This document shows, piece by piece, positions 36,380 through 48,844 of a stretch of 64,000 bases of DNA. The DNA is from Chiloscyllium plagiosum (Eukaryota). Position numbers and translations under genes: made by a program. Below the pieces are notes generated by a model. The model saw only the letters and a program-made list of their open reading frames with translations, made no database searches and was not told where the DNA came from. Location: assembly GCF_004010195.1 (NCBI RefSeq), contig NC_057758.1, forward strand, positions 463,598 through 527,597. The letters run 5' to 3'. How positions within the stretch are numbered: position 1 is the first letter of the stretch; each line of letters starts with the position of its first letter.

Positions 36380-39300
36380 GGAAGAGCTTCTACTGTAGTA
36401 AGGTATTTTAGGTGCTTGAAGTGATCGCATTCCATTCCAATTAGTGTTTTATATGCTGTTGCATTGTTTTGAAAGTTTGGAGAAAAGAACAACGACACTT
36501 TTAAAAGGGAAATGGACAGAAAAAAGGCAGCACATGGTCAGTGGATGAGAGAGAGAAATACACCTGCACTGCTAACTGGTACAACAGTGACTCCGCAAAG
36601 TTACTTTTGGTTGAATTCATATATCTCTGGACATTGGAGTGCAAAGTTTGCAACTGATTGGAGGAACCTGTATAGGAGACCTCACGGCACAGGAACAGGT
36701 AAGTGCAATGTTTTTCAGTGTAGCATTGTGGTAAATATGCAATAGTGAATAGAATGGGTTCTTGTTGATTTAATGTTTTACTGAGATCTGTATCTTGGTT
36801 AAATTTTAAAAATACCGGCCATAAGTATTCAGTAAGGCTGCAGCAGTGTTTTTTTTATATTGAAAGCAACAAAACGGTGCTATTTTCAAGGTGTGTAGAT
36901 TGTGACGGAGCGAAGATGGTCTTTAGGAGAGTGGTATGCTCTTTTGACGTACGTGGGAGTTTAAGGAGAGTTTACATGTTGCTGAGGATTATGTCTGCAG
37001 GAAATTTTTTGGTTCCGAATCCGGTGAGATCGAATGGATCATTTGGAGCGATAGCTAGAGGCACTGAAGAATTTACAAGAGCTACAAGGTGTGATTAATG
37101 ACAATTATACGAATGGAGAAAAGGCGCAGATGTAGTTAGATAGATTGGTTAACTCCAGGAAAGCAAGGACAGGTAGGCAAATAGTGCAGAGGTCTTCTGT
37201 ACCTATCGCCATTTCAAACATGCATGTTGTTTTGGAAAATAACGGGAATGATAGACTCTCAGGGCAATGTTGCACGAACAACCAAGTTTCTGGTATCACG
37301 ACAGGGGTAATTAGGGGTACGCTGGGTTCCAAGCAATCTATTGTGATAGCGACTGTCTGGTCAGAGGCATTGATAGACGTCTCTAAGGACAGCAGAGAAC
37401 ATTCAGAATGGCGTGTTTCCTTCCGGGTGCCAGGATTAAGCGTGTCTAAGCGAGGGTGCAGAATATTGTCAAATGTGAGTGGGTCCAGGAGAGGGTCTGT
37501 GTACGCATTGAAATCAACGACAAATGAAGGGAAATGGATAAGGTTATGAAGGGACACAACAGAAAGTTCTGCAGAAATTGATAAAGAAGGCCCTCAGGAT
37601 AGTCAAATCTGGATTACACTCGGTGCTACGAAATAGTGAGGTTAGGACTAGGTGGATCGAGTAAACAAACCCGTGGCTGAGGAGGGAGTGCTTGGTAGAA
37701 AGGTTCACATTTTTCGATCATAGGAATTGCTTCAGGGCGAAAAGTGTCCTCTTCCAGAAGGATGGATGGCACCTGAATTGGAAGGAAACTAACATTTCCT
37801 GGTAGGAGATTTAATAGAATTGCTGTGGAGGATTTAAACTAGTAATGCTGAGGAATGGGACAGAGGGAGACAGTGAGAAAAGACATCAATCTGACACTGG
37901 AGCAGTTGGGAAAATGTGCGACTCAGACAGTCACGGCAGGCAGGGATAAAACAGAAAACAATGTAGGACTGAAAAAATATAAGCTGCATTGACTTCAATG
38001 CAAGAGGATTAACAGGGAAGACTAAAGAACTCAGGGAGTAAAAAGGGACATCATAGCAATTATATAAACGTGACTCAGGGAGGGACAGGACAACCAGCAT
38101 GGTGTTCCAGGATAAAAATGTTATAGGATAGATAGAAAGGGGTCAAGAAATGAGGTGCAGCCGAATTTTTAATAAGGGATACCATTATAACTGTACTGAG
38201 GGGGGATATTCCTGTGGATAAATCACAGAAAGGTATTTGGGAGAAATAATAAAGGGATTACCACATTATTAGGATTTTATTATAGATCCCCTAATAGGCA
38301 GCGTGAAAATGAGAAACAAATTTGCAAGGAGATTTCAGTTATCTGTAAGAATAATAGTGTGCATGGTCGAGGATTTTAAATTTCCGAACATAAAGTCGGA
38401 GTGTCGCAGTGTTAAGGGTTTAAATGGAGAGTAATTTGTTAAGCCTGTACAAGAAAATGTTCTGTTCATTGTGTGGATGTACCGAGTAGAGAAGGTGCAA
38501 AACTTGACCTACTGTTGGATATAAGGCAGGGCAGGTGAGTGAGGTGATATTGCTGGGTGGGGCGAACTTTGAGGACAGTAGCCATAACCCTGCTAGTTTT
38601 AGAATAGTGATGGAAAAGTGTAGACCAGAAAAAGTTGAAGTTCTAAATTGCAGTAAGGTAACTTTTTTAGGTATAAGGCAAATACTTTCAAAATCTAATT
38701 GCGGGCAGACATTCGCTGATAAATGCACAGCTGAAAATTGAGAAGCCTTCAGAAATGAGGTAACGAGAGTCCAGAGACATTATATTCCTGGCAGCTTAAA
38801 AGGAAAGGCAGATAAATGTAGGAATTGCTGGATAACGGTAGAAATTGAGGTTTTGATTCAGAAAAAGAGGGAAGCATATGTCAGGTACAGACATAGAGAT
38901 CGAGCGACTCGTTAGAAGAACATAAATGTAGTAACAGTACATTTCAGAGAGAAATTAGGAGGCGAAAAGGGGACATGAGATTGCTTTGGCAAACAGGGTT
39001 AAGGACAATCCAAAAGATTTTTATAAATACATCAGGACAGAAAGGAAACTAAGGACAGAGTAGAGCCCCTTATAGATTAACAATGCAGCCTCCGTGTGGA
39101 GCCGCAGGAGATAGGGGACATACTAAACAAGTATTGCACATCAATGTATACTGTGGAAAAGGACATGGCAGATATACAATGTAGAGAATTAGTTGCAAAT
39201 GTATTGAAAAATGTCGACATTGCTGGATGTATTGAAACGCTCAATCTGTATGTCTGTACCTGACATATGCTTCCCTCTTTTTCTGAATCAAAACCTCAAC

Positions 39301-40945
39301 TTCTCCAGTTATCCAGCAATCCCTACATTTATGTGCCTTTCCTTTTAAGCTGCCAGGAATATAGTGTCTCTGGACTCTCGTTACCTCATTCCTGGGTCAA
39401 TTCCCAGGACTTCATCAGCTGCGCACAAGAACTCAGTGGAAAGCTAGGGAAGTGATTGCTAGGCCGCTTGTTGAGACATTTCCATCATGAATAGTCACAA
39501 AAGAGGTGTCAGAAGAATGGAGATTGGCTAATGAGTTACCACAACTTAAGAAAGGTGGCAAGGCAAAATAAGGGGACTATAGACCGGTGAGACTGAAGTT
39601 AGTGTTGTACAAGTTCTTACAGGGAATCCTGAGGGATAGGATTCAATATGTATTTCGAAAGGCAGAGACTGATCATGGATAGTCGTCATGGCTTTTTGCA
39701 TTGGAAGTGATCTCTCACGATCTTGAATGAATCTTTTGAAGAAGTAACAAAGAGTGTCGACGGGGGCAGAGTGGTGGACAAGATCCATGTGGACTTCAGT
39801 GATGTGCTCAACAAGGATCTCCATGCGAAACTGGTAAGCAAGGCTAGATCTCATGTAATACAGGGAGAACTAACCATTAGGATACAGAACCGGCTCGAAA
39901 CTAGAAGGCAGATAATAGGGGTGGAGGGTTACTTTTCAGACTGGAGGCATGTAGCCAGTGGAGTGCCAAAGTCATTGGCACTGAGTCTACAACTTCTCGT
40001 CATTTACATAAACGATTTGAATGTTAACATCTGAGGTATAGTTAGTCAGTTTGCAGATGACACCAAAATTGGAGGTGTAGTAGACAGAGAAAAAGGTTAC
40101 CTCAGAGGACAACAATGGGGTGAGGAGTGAAACATTGGGTTTAACTTACATATATGCAATGTCCTGCATTTTGGTAAAGCAAATCATAGCGCGACTCAGA
40201 GAAATGATGTTAAGATATTTGGGAGTGTTGTTGATCAATTAATTCTTGGAGAGCAGGTTCATTGCTTCTTGAAAGTAGAGTCACACATAGACAGGATAGT
40301 GAAGAAGGCGCTTGGCATGCTTTCCTTTAAAAGACAGAGTATAGAGTGTCGGATTTGGGAGGTCGTATTGTGTCTGTACAGGCTGTTGGGTAGGCCACTT
40401 TTGGAAAATTGTGTGCAACTCTGGTCTCCTTCAGTCGGAACAACGTTGTGAAACTTGGATGGATTTAAAAAGTATTTACAATGATATTGCCAGCGATGGA
40501 GGATTTGTGGATTAGGGAGTGGCTGAATAGTCTGAAACACTTTTCCCTGGAGCTTTGGAGATTGAAAGATGACCTTCTTAAGGTCCAGAAAATCATGAGT
40601 GGCATGGATAGGATAAATTAACAAGGCATTTTGCTTGGTGTGGGCAAGTACAGAATTAGAGGGCATAGTTTGAGGATGAGAGGGGAAAGACACAAAAGGA
40701 ACCTAAGGTGCAACTTTTTAATGGAGAGGATAGTGCTGAAATGAGTTGCCAGAGAAAGTGGTGGTGGGTGGTACAAATGCAACATTTAAAAGGCACCTGG
40801 ATGGGTACAATGTTAGGAAGCGTTTAGAGGGATATGGGACAGTGCTGGAAATAAGGAATAGATTTGATTGGGATATCTGGTCAACATGGAAGAGTTGGTC
40901 CAAGGGGACTGTTTCAGCGTTGTACATCTCCACAAATCTCTGACT
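36380..40945 (+). mobile_element. Near full-length but heavily decayed CR1 LINE (5'UTR, ORF1, ORF2, tail)
   Basis: ORF1-like MVFRRVVCSF, VPIAISNMHVVLEN; ORF2 remnants VDFSDVLNK, GVPKSL, FADD, RPLLENCVQLWSP; tail at about 40895-40945. Confidence 0.85.
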
Positions 40946-41199
40946 GTGTCTACTTGTCTCGTATTTCCACCTACTGATCGATGTTTTCAGGGAGCGATTC
41001 AATTCCTGAAGACTGGGGAATTGATTTGACTGGGGATTAATCGACCCCAACTGCAGGAACGGGTTGTCTATTAATCCAAACACCGAAGGACTCTTTGAGC
41101 GAAATAACTATCTTGAGAGAATTACAGAAAGTCATCCCTTCTCCAGAAAAGTGTCTAGTCCCCTGAGGAAACTAAAACAAGATGGCAGAAAGTGATTGC

Positions 41200-41640
41200 A
41201 AATCCAAAATGCTGTGAGGAATGTCTCTGTATTGCTGAGGGGCATAGGGAAGGATGGAGTGGGGCAGACAGAGATAGAATTAGGCAAGAGCGGGAAAATA
41301 AGTGCCAGAAGAAGCAGGAGGGGATAAGGTGAAAGAAGACAAAAGTAGCAAAGAGGGTTTTGTGGGAGGTAGAGAGCAACAGAGCGGTGGCATGAGCGAA
41401 AATGACAGAAAAGCAAGAGATTTTGAAGAAGAGATTAAATTTGGACAGCAGAACGTGTATATTTATTTGGAAATTGCTGCAGCAGAGACCGTGAAAGTAA
41501 AATGGATGGGGAGAAAGAAAATAAGAGTGAGGAAATGGGAGGAAGGTCGCTGGAAGAAGGGAGAGAGAGCAAGAAAGAGTGAGGGTTCGAGTCTCGGTGA
41601 GAGAGTGAGTGGGAGGGCATAACGAAGGGACAGTGTGTGT
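41200..41640. repeat. Purine-rich (GA) low-complexity tract
   Basis: Strong G/A bias on the plus strand. Confidence 0.6.
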
Positions 41641-42504
41641 CATCACAGGAGAAAGTAAGGACAGGGCAATTTAAAACGACCGTCTGAGCTCTTCGTTGAA
41701 TACTTCCCCTTCCCCGGGGACCAGGACCCATGGCCTAAGAATTTCTCAGCTCAGATTCTTTAACAAAAAGACAAAATGATCGGTTCACTCTGCTGCTGAA
41801 CACTTTTTAATGAACAAATTTATTGTTTAGAAAGTTCAGTAGAAGATTGAGTAAGTGGACTGTCGCATTTTTGCTCTTGCCCTCAAGTCGACAGAAACAT
41901 TGAAATGTAATTAATAATCTATATGAAAAGCTGGATAAGCCAGCACTACAGTCAGTCTTTCAGCGTAAGGGCAGGCTGATTCCTTGCTACAAATTTGAAA
42001 AGAACTGAGATCATACGTGGAGCGATTCATTAATTTCGGAAATATGATTGATTCATTGATTGATTGCTGGGGTAAAGAAATTTTTCAGCGCATTTTTCAG
42101 CTGCTGCCCTAGATTAATTTACGGCACTGCATATCTCACTGTGTTTGGGTGGCAACTGCTTCATAAACCCCAATTCTTGAACAAACTAACGTAGCTACAT
42201 ATATTCCTGTGCCAAACCATACATCTGGTAACCTATACAGTTCATCATTAATGTTGAACAACGCAGGATAAAATTGGTCGAGATCACAAATAGTAAGATG
42301 AAGTTCTCCTGACAGCATTGTATTTCATGAATATTATGCTTTCACCTTTTGAGTGGAGTGGTAGAGACGAACCAAGAAATTGCAGACTGGCATATCATGC
42401 CAGTGGTAATAAAAGATTTTGAGATAATTCTAATGGAGTGCATTGAAATACAGTTTGAAAGGCAGAGCTTCATTCGGGATAATCATCATGACTGTCAGAG
42501 GGAA

Positions 42505-42659
42505 AAAAACGAGGTAAAAACAATGACTCAGATGCTGGAAACCAGATTCTGGATTAGTGGTGCTGGAAGAGCACAGCCGTTCAGGCAGCATCCGAGGACA
42601 GGCAAAATCCGAGGACAGGCAAAATCGACGTTTCGGGCAAAAGCCCTTCATCAGGAATA
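42505..42659 (-). mobile_element. Solo PLE pLTR fragment nested in CR1
   Basis: Matches 48866-48966; internal 17-bp tandem duplication CCGAGGACAGGCAAAAT. Confidence 0.85.
42623..42658 (-). ncRNA. Minimal type-I hammerhead ribozyme motif
   Basis: AUUC CUGAUGA A GGGC-UUUU-GCCC GAAA CG UC^GAUU. Confidence 0.75.
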
Positions 42660-45600
42660 AATTCAGAGGGAAGTCATGTGTAACACATTTGCGAGGATTT
42701 TTTGGAAATGTGATCAATTTTGTGGATGAAGAAAGTTCAATTGACGTAAGTTTATATATATTTTGGCAAAGCGTTTGACAATGTCCGACCAGAAGACTTA
42801 TTAGGGAGGTTAAAGCTCATGAAATTGAGGGAAACCTGGTGAGATGGATGAGAAAATTGCCTAGAGGCTGGAGTCTGTTTTCCAATGTGTATCACAAGTG
42901 TCAGTGCTGGGCCATTATTGGTTGTTTTATCCATAAATGATACAGATGAACATGTGGGAGGTATGCAAAGCAAATTTCCACAGAACGTCAAGATGGTTAG
43001 AGTGGTTAATTGCGAGAAAAGATTGTATAAATCTGTATAAAGAATTGGATGGGTTGGCCAGAGTGGGGAGATGAGTGGCAGGAGGCATTCAATCCCGATA
43101 ATTGCAAGTCCATACACTTTGGAAGAAAAAAAAAGCTGAGTGAGTATGTAACGAACAACCAAACACTGGATAGCTGAGAGGAACAGAGGGGTCTTCGGAC
43201 AATTATTCACAGGTTTCTTAAGTCGGCAAAACACGTGAACAGGATAGTTACCAAGGCATATTGGACACTTCGGTTTTATCAGGCTTGGCACAGAGTGATA
43301 AGAACATCGAGAAAATGTTGTAGTCGCACAGAGAGTTGGTGAAACCACAGGTGGAATAGTTTGTGCAATTATGTTCATCTCACGATCAGATAGATGTCAA
43401 CACTCGAGCGAATACCGAGGAGGTTCATCAGGATGTTCCCTGGTATGGATAATTTGAGCGAAAAGAAAGGATTAGATAGGCTTAGAATGTTTTTTTTGGA
43501 GAAGAGATGGCCGAGTTGGTCTTGATTGAGGTATATAAAATTAGGATGGTTATTAAAAGGTGAATGCAGTAGAGTTGTTTACCTTGTTTGAGGACTTAAT
43601 CATGACAGGACATAGTTATCGGTTAAGGTAAAAGAGATTCAAATGGGATTTGAAAAAATCTAAACTTTCTCTGTCATCGGGTGATGAAAATTTGGAATTC
43701 AAAGCCAGGGAAGATCGTGGTGTGTGGAAAATTAGAACGTTGGAAAAACTGGTTGAGCACTTCATACATCATAACAACTAAAGGTACGGACCGAGTGCAG
43801 GAAATTGTGAAGGATGCACTTTTACTGGTAGTTATGTCGTGCAGACTCGGTGAGCCAAAGGGACATTTCTGCTGTGACTAAATCTATCAATCGATGAAGT
43901 CAGTATCTCTCTGACTGTACCCATTTTTATGTGAGTCTGAAGCCTCTCGTGGGCTCTGCTTGTTACTAAAATGTATCTGAGGGTGAAAACATTGAACAGC
44001 AGAATTAGAGAAAATGGGAGAGATGGGATTAAATGTAGTGCATGAACTCAATTGTGACACAGACCCGACAGTAATTAACACCATTTGTTACATCCCAAAA
44101 CAGAGGAGGTTCACCACTTGTGCTTTCGTGTTTGGGTTATTGTAACTGAATGAACACAGTTCTGAAACCTGAGACTTCTAAATTGTCAGTCTAACACTCT
44201 TCCAGACGTTACTCTCGAAATGATCACTTTACAGAGTCATTTGCATCGTTCACCCATTCACAACGGAAGCACTTTTCGACAAATCCTTTTCACCAGCACA
44301 CGTGTCAATATTTCCCTGGAGGACACTGCATATGTTCCACTTGGTGTCAGCAAATGCAGCGAAATTTTCTTAAAAAACTGAACGTCAAAAGTAGCATCTC
44401 TCCACTAATACATGATCCATGGCACAACTAGCAAGAGAAAATGAAAATTGATATAACAGCATTTGGATAAATGGGAATGATTCCACATATGATGCCTGTT
44501 TGGAATTGTCAGGGCATGCTTGATGTCCATTTTATCGAATCATTTGAATAAATGTTTTCAATGCAGATGATGATAATATAGAAACTAAAGCAATAGAAAA
44601 TAATGCAAAATGTATATGCCGACATTTCTCAGCAAACGAATGCCTGTGGTACGGTACTTGCCTCGGTCTATCCTTACTGAACTCTAAATGGAATTGCTAA
44701 CAGTATACAGTTCTGAACTATGTTTATCAGAACAGTTTTTTATGACCTGAATGATATAAACATGGAATTCGTTTTGCACGAGTGTGAACCCAACACAAAG
44801 ATTAATGATCTCAGTTGGAATTTAGAAACCAGAAATTGCTACACAATAGATACATCAAGGTTTGATGTATAGCTCTTTCAGCCCAATTCTGATTGGGGAA
44901 TTAATACTCAATGAGAAGAAAAGCAAGGGAAATATTGCATTGAGGGTCATTGCTGAAGGAATAAAAGCAAATTTTCACCAAAGTCCTTTCGCAAAGGAAG
45001 TCACAATTCTTACCTGGCCTGGAATCTCGGTGACTCTAGATACAGTCACTTTGTTGAATTTCAATGCGTTTTAGGGCAATTTGAGCAATACATGATGGTC
45101 CAGACAATGACGGTAACATGCTAGGATTTGTTTTTAACGTGTGGATATGCGTTGGTTGAACTGTTGCGCAAAGACAATTTGTGCAATTCAATCGCCTACT
45201 TATGGCATTACATTAATCATTGAATTTACAAGTCTGAAAAATCCTACATTGGCTCATCTATTCTTCAAACCTTAGCCTTTTAGAGATACTTTCTGTGCAG
45301 TATTTTACAGGGAAAAAGCATTTGGATTTCAAAGAAATTGGCTAAGCTGACTGGTTCTCTTCACATGTGCGAAATTTAAATGTTTATTCACTTATTATCT
45401 TTCACTTACTGAATTTATCACTCTTCAATTTTTCGAACGTTTACACTCACTTTTGGAAGTTCGTTAAAATTCCAAGCAGTTTTAACTTGCTCGTTACACA
45501 TGAACCCAACAGTCAATCAAAAAAAAAGTAAATGTAACCAATAAATCTGCACAGCGTATATTGATTTTAATGTGGTTTCCCCAAAAAGCGTTGGCGTTTT

Positions 45601-45959
45601 GATGGTCCGTCCTCAAGCCATCTTACTGATAGGATGAACCCCTTCCAAGAATTCAGTGTTCATACTTGCAGCTCAGATCATTTCCATTGAAAGTCATTCT
45701 CATTCTCTAATTTTCCTAGCAGCAAAAGGCAAGGTGACCGATAAGGACATTGAACGTTTTTCAATGTTGTCTTTCATTTTAAAGTTGTACATCAACAGAA
45801 TTAGGAAACACCTCAGAATCCGAAAACTGCAGATTTATAATTGTGTTTCTGAAATAGTGTAAATGTACAGCTGAAGAAAAATAATTGTTCTCAAATCCCA
45901 ATTGATTGTCTCTCAGCTGATGACCTAAAACTCTTGTGTCCCGCGCAGAATTTTCGTTT

Positions 45960-46730
45960 CTATTGCCAGTTAGACTTTTCAGAACTTCAGTTACTTTCTT
46001 TTGGATTTTCGTTAACTTATACGAAATGAAAGTCTTAATAACGCTGTACAAAGATTTCATTTCTGAAATAATTATGTCATGTATTTCACAATTAGCAAAA
46101 CGATGGACTTCCTGCGGTTCTCCGTTTCTGAATCTCTTTGAATTCTAGTTTTGTACTCAGGAAGCCAGTGCAGGTTTTATTCATCATGACAATACGTTGG
46201 AAAGTTAATGAATTAAACAAGACAATCACAGTAACGGGAGTCCAAATAACCCAAGCACGGTAAAACCAGACCAGACATATATTTGACCTGCAAAAGAGGA
46301 ATAATACGCTGTCCATAACTGGCACCACCTTGCACTTGGTTAATTAGTATCTCACGTTCATAAGCAAACAAAACTGGAATTTCATTCAATCTGATCAAAA
46401 CCGTGATCGATAATATTAGCGGGATTGCTGTTGTTTCGGAATAAACCCTTATTTCAAACTTCAGACAGCAGATCACAATAAATAAGTCAAATGTGAAAGC
46501 GCCAATGTGACAAAGAGATAAATCGGGAGTGACTGCAATCATGCAAATAATGATTCTGCAACACAAATACAGGTCAGGAAAGACAAAGAAAATAGGTAAT
46601 TGAAAATGTGGTCGGGTTTTTGATCAGATCAGTAGACCTGTTTCTGCCATGGCCAACTTGTAACCAGTCAGAAACTTGGAAAGTGGGGCAAAACTTTCTT
46701 GGCTATGGCTTCCCTCCCGGTTAACGAATC
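45960..46730 (-). pseudogene. GPR139/GPR142-like GPCR pseudogene, copy D (divergent subfamily)
   Basis: LSKFLTGYKLAMAETGLL, GAFTFDLFIVICCLKF, IPVLFAYE, VIWTPVTVIVLFNSLT, ENRRKSIVLL, then TFISYKLTKIQKKVTEVLKS (TM7/helix 8-like); frameshifts and stops. Confidence 0.8.
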
Positions 46731-47013
46731 ATTCTAATGAGTTGCCCCTCACTCAGCAGAACAATAGTACTTGACATGTAGAAATGAGATGATGTCTCGC
46801 AGCCTCCCGCATATAGTTTACCTCCTGTATCACTATGATGTAATGCTAAAGTATAGCTTATCTGTTCAAGGCACCACAGTTTGGCTGCTCAATGTTTCCC
46901 CAATGTGAATTATTGCTGGAGCATTAAGCATAGTTTTTCAAGCGTGGTTAGCTCTGTCAATTAGTTTAATATGCCTTGCTAATGTGCGTTGTTCCTCTAA
47001 TGTGCATTGTTCC

Positions 47014-47500
47014 TCCAACGGAGATTCATACGGATGATCCCTGGAATGGTAGGTCTAACATATGAGGAATGGCTGAGGATCCTGGGATTGTACTCATTGG
47101 AGTTTTGAAGGTTAAGGGGAGATCTAATAGAAACTTACAAGATAATACATGGCTTGGAGAGGGTGGACCCTAGGAAATTGTTTACATTAGGCGAGGAGAC
47201 TTGGACCCGTGGACACAGCCTTAGAATTAGAGGGGGTAAATTCAGAACAGCAATGCGGAGACATTTCTTCAGCTAGAGAGTGGTGGGCCTGTGGAATTCA
47301 TTGCCACAGAGTGCAGTGGAGGCCGGGACGCTAAATGTCTTCAAGGCAGATATTGATAAACTCTTGATGTCACAAGGAATTAAGGGCTACGGGGAGAATG
47401 CGGGTAAGTGGAGTTGAAATGTCCATCAGCCATGATTGAATGGCGGAGTGGACTCGATGGGGCGAATGGCCTTACTTCCGCTCCTATGTCTTATGGTCTA
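47014..47500 (+). mobile_element. CR1 3' end, well preserved
   Basis: QRRFIRMIPGMVGLTYEE..GDLIETYKI..RHFFS; tail GAATGGCCTTACTTCCGCTCCTATGTCTTATGGTCT. Confidence 0.9.
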
Positions 47501-47523
47501 ATTAAGGACATCTGTCCTCTATA

Positions 47524-47836
47524 TGTTACGGATCTCAGCAAACAACATGTTAGGTGGTAACTTGCAGTCCTGACCAATTGTGTAATGTGTAGTATAAATT
47601 AGAGCTCACTCTGAGAGTTGCCTCTGACTGGGTACCTCGGCAGATAATCCTGACACTTTGTGATTGACATTCAGCCTATCCCTCAGCCTGTGTTTTGTTC
47701 TCTGTATACGCTTGTAATTTCTTGCATTACTTCGGAGTTTTACCGAGTCACAGTGTGGACTGGTGGTCTCCCCATGATGCATCGTGTAATAAATTGGTTA
47801 ATGTTCAAAGTCCACCTCTCTTGATTTTCTTTAACA
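47524..47836 (+). mobile_element. Possible solo LTR
   Basis: TGTTA..TAACA termini with CCAAT (47574), TATAAA (47593) and AATAAA (47788) in order; no TSD seen. Confidence 0.3.
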
Positions 47837-48844
47837 GCAAAATCACAGTTTCTTCCTGAAAGAAATCAAATTCTGGCAAAGTTCGTTACGAGACATAAAA
47901 CAGCAATGAATTACGTATCAATTGTTGGTTCAAGTGAAACATTGCAATCTGAGTCAGTTTCATGTGTTTAGCAAAACAAAATAAAGTATTTAGTGAACTG
48001 TCGCTGACATCTCCTTGCAAAAGGATAACAAAGCATTCAAAAATCACGCGGGTTCATTTAGGAGCATTATTATCACATCAGTAAGTTGAAGCTAACTCAG
48101 TAGTTATAATGCTAGGTTAATCAAATCGTTCTCAAAATTAATTATTATGAAACGTTGACACGAAGTGTTTTTTACTCTGTACAATTGAACAAGAATAGAA
48201 ATGGCAAGGATCAACACAGACCCTTTCTAATGTCCCCTGAAGCCATCTTGTAGCAATGTCCCTCACGCTGGACTGAGAAAACCTGAATCAACTCTTACCA
48301 ACGCCAGATCTACGTAAGATATCTCTGAACAGGTTGATTAAGAAAAGCAAGTTAAGAAATGAATAAACCAAGAACAAGGACTATTGTAAATATCAGGCGA
48401 AAATATCTGAATATACCTACTGAAATGGCAATGGATTTTTTTCATGTGAAATACGTTGTTACTATCTGTGGCTAGCTTCTTGATTCCCAAATCCGTCTGA
48501 TAGTTTCTTCTATCTCAACAATTTGCTTCAAACCGAAGCCTTCTGAGATATCTACACTTTTCCATTTCTTTGATCTTGAAAATCTCCTCCTTTGGTGACT
48601 GTTCCGTCTCCGACTTCCTGAACTTCTCATATCCTCGCAAAACTGGGGTAAGCTGGTTTCTGTTTCTGAATTGTGAGTTTCAGGCAGCAGGTCTGTGTGT
48701 TAGTGCATGTTGTGCATCAGTATCACCATGTGTGTCTTCACCAGCTAACTCCTTATTCACTCCCAGCACATACTCAGAGCCGCATGTTACCTTCTCCTGC
48801 ATTGGCAGAAGGTGTAACATCAGCCAGTTTACTTTCTTCCTCCT

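Larger units (their letters stand above)
42320..43888 (+). mobile_element. Old CR1-like RT/3' fragment
   Basis: Decayed RT motifs (GCAAAGCGTTTGACAATGTCC) and 3' tail GAGCCAAAGGGACATTTCTGCTGT. Confidence 0.75.
42053..44700 (-). pseudogene. GPR139/GPR142-like GPCR pseudogene, copy E, split by a CR1 insertion at about 42320-43888
   Basis: 43890-44130 reads PLFWDVTNGV..TIEFMHY/LIPSLPFSLILLFNVFTLRYILVTSRAHERL (TM5-ICL3); 42053-42316 reads FILLFVISTNFIL..FVQELGFMKQL..RYAVP..QQLKNALK (TM6-TM7); upstream limit is weak. Confidence 0.85.

Noticed and set aside
41132..41731. Hydrophobic or charged ORFs
   Set aside because: Low-complexity purine tract without receptor motifs
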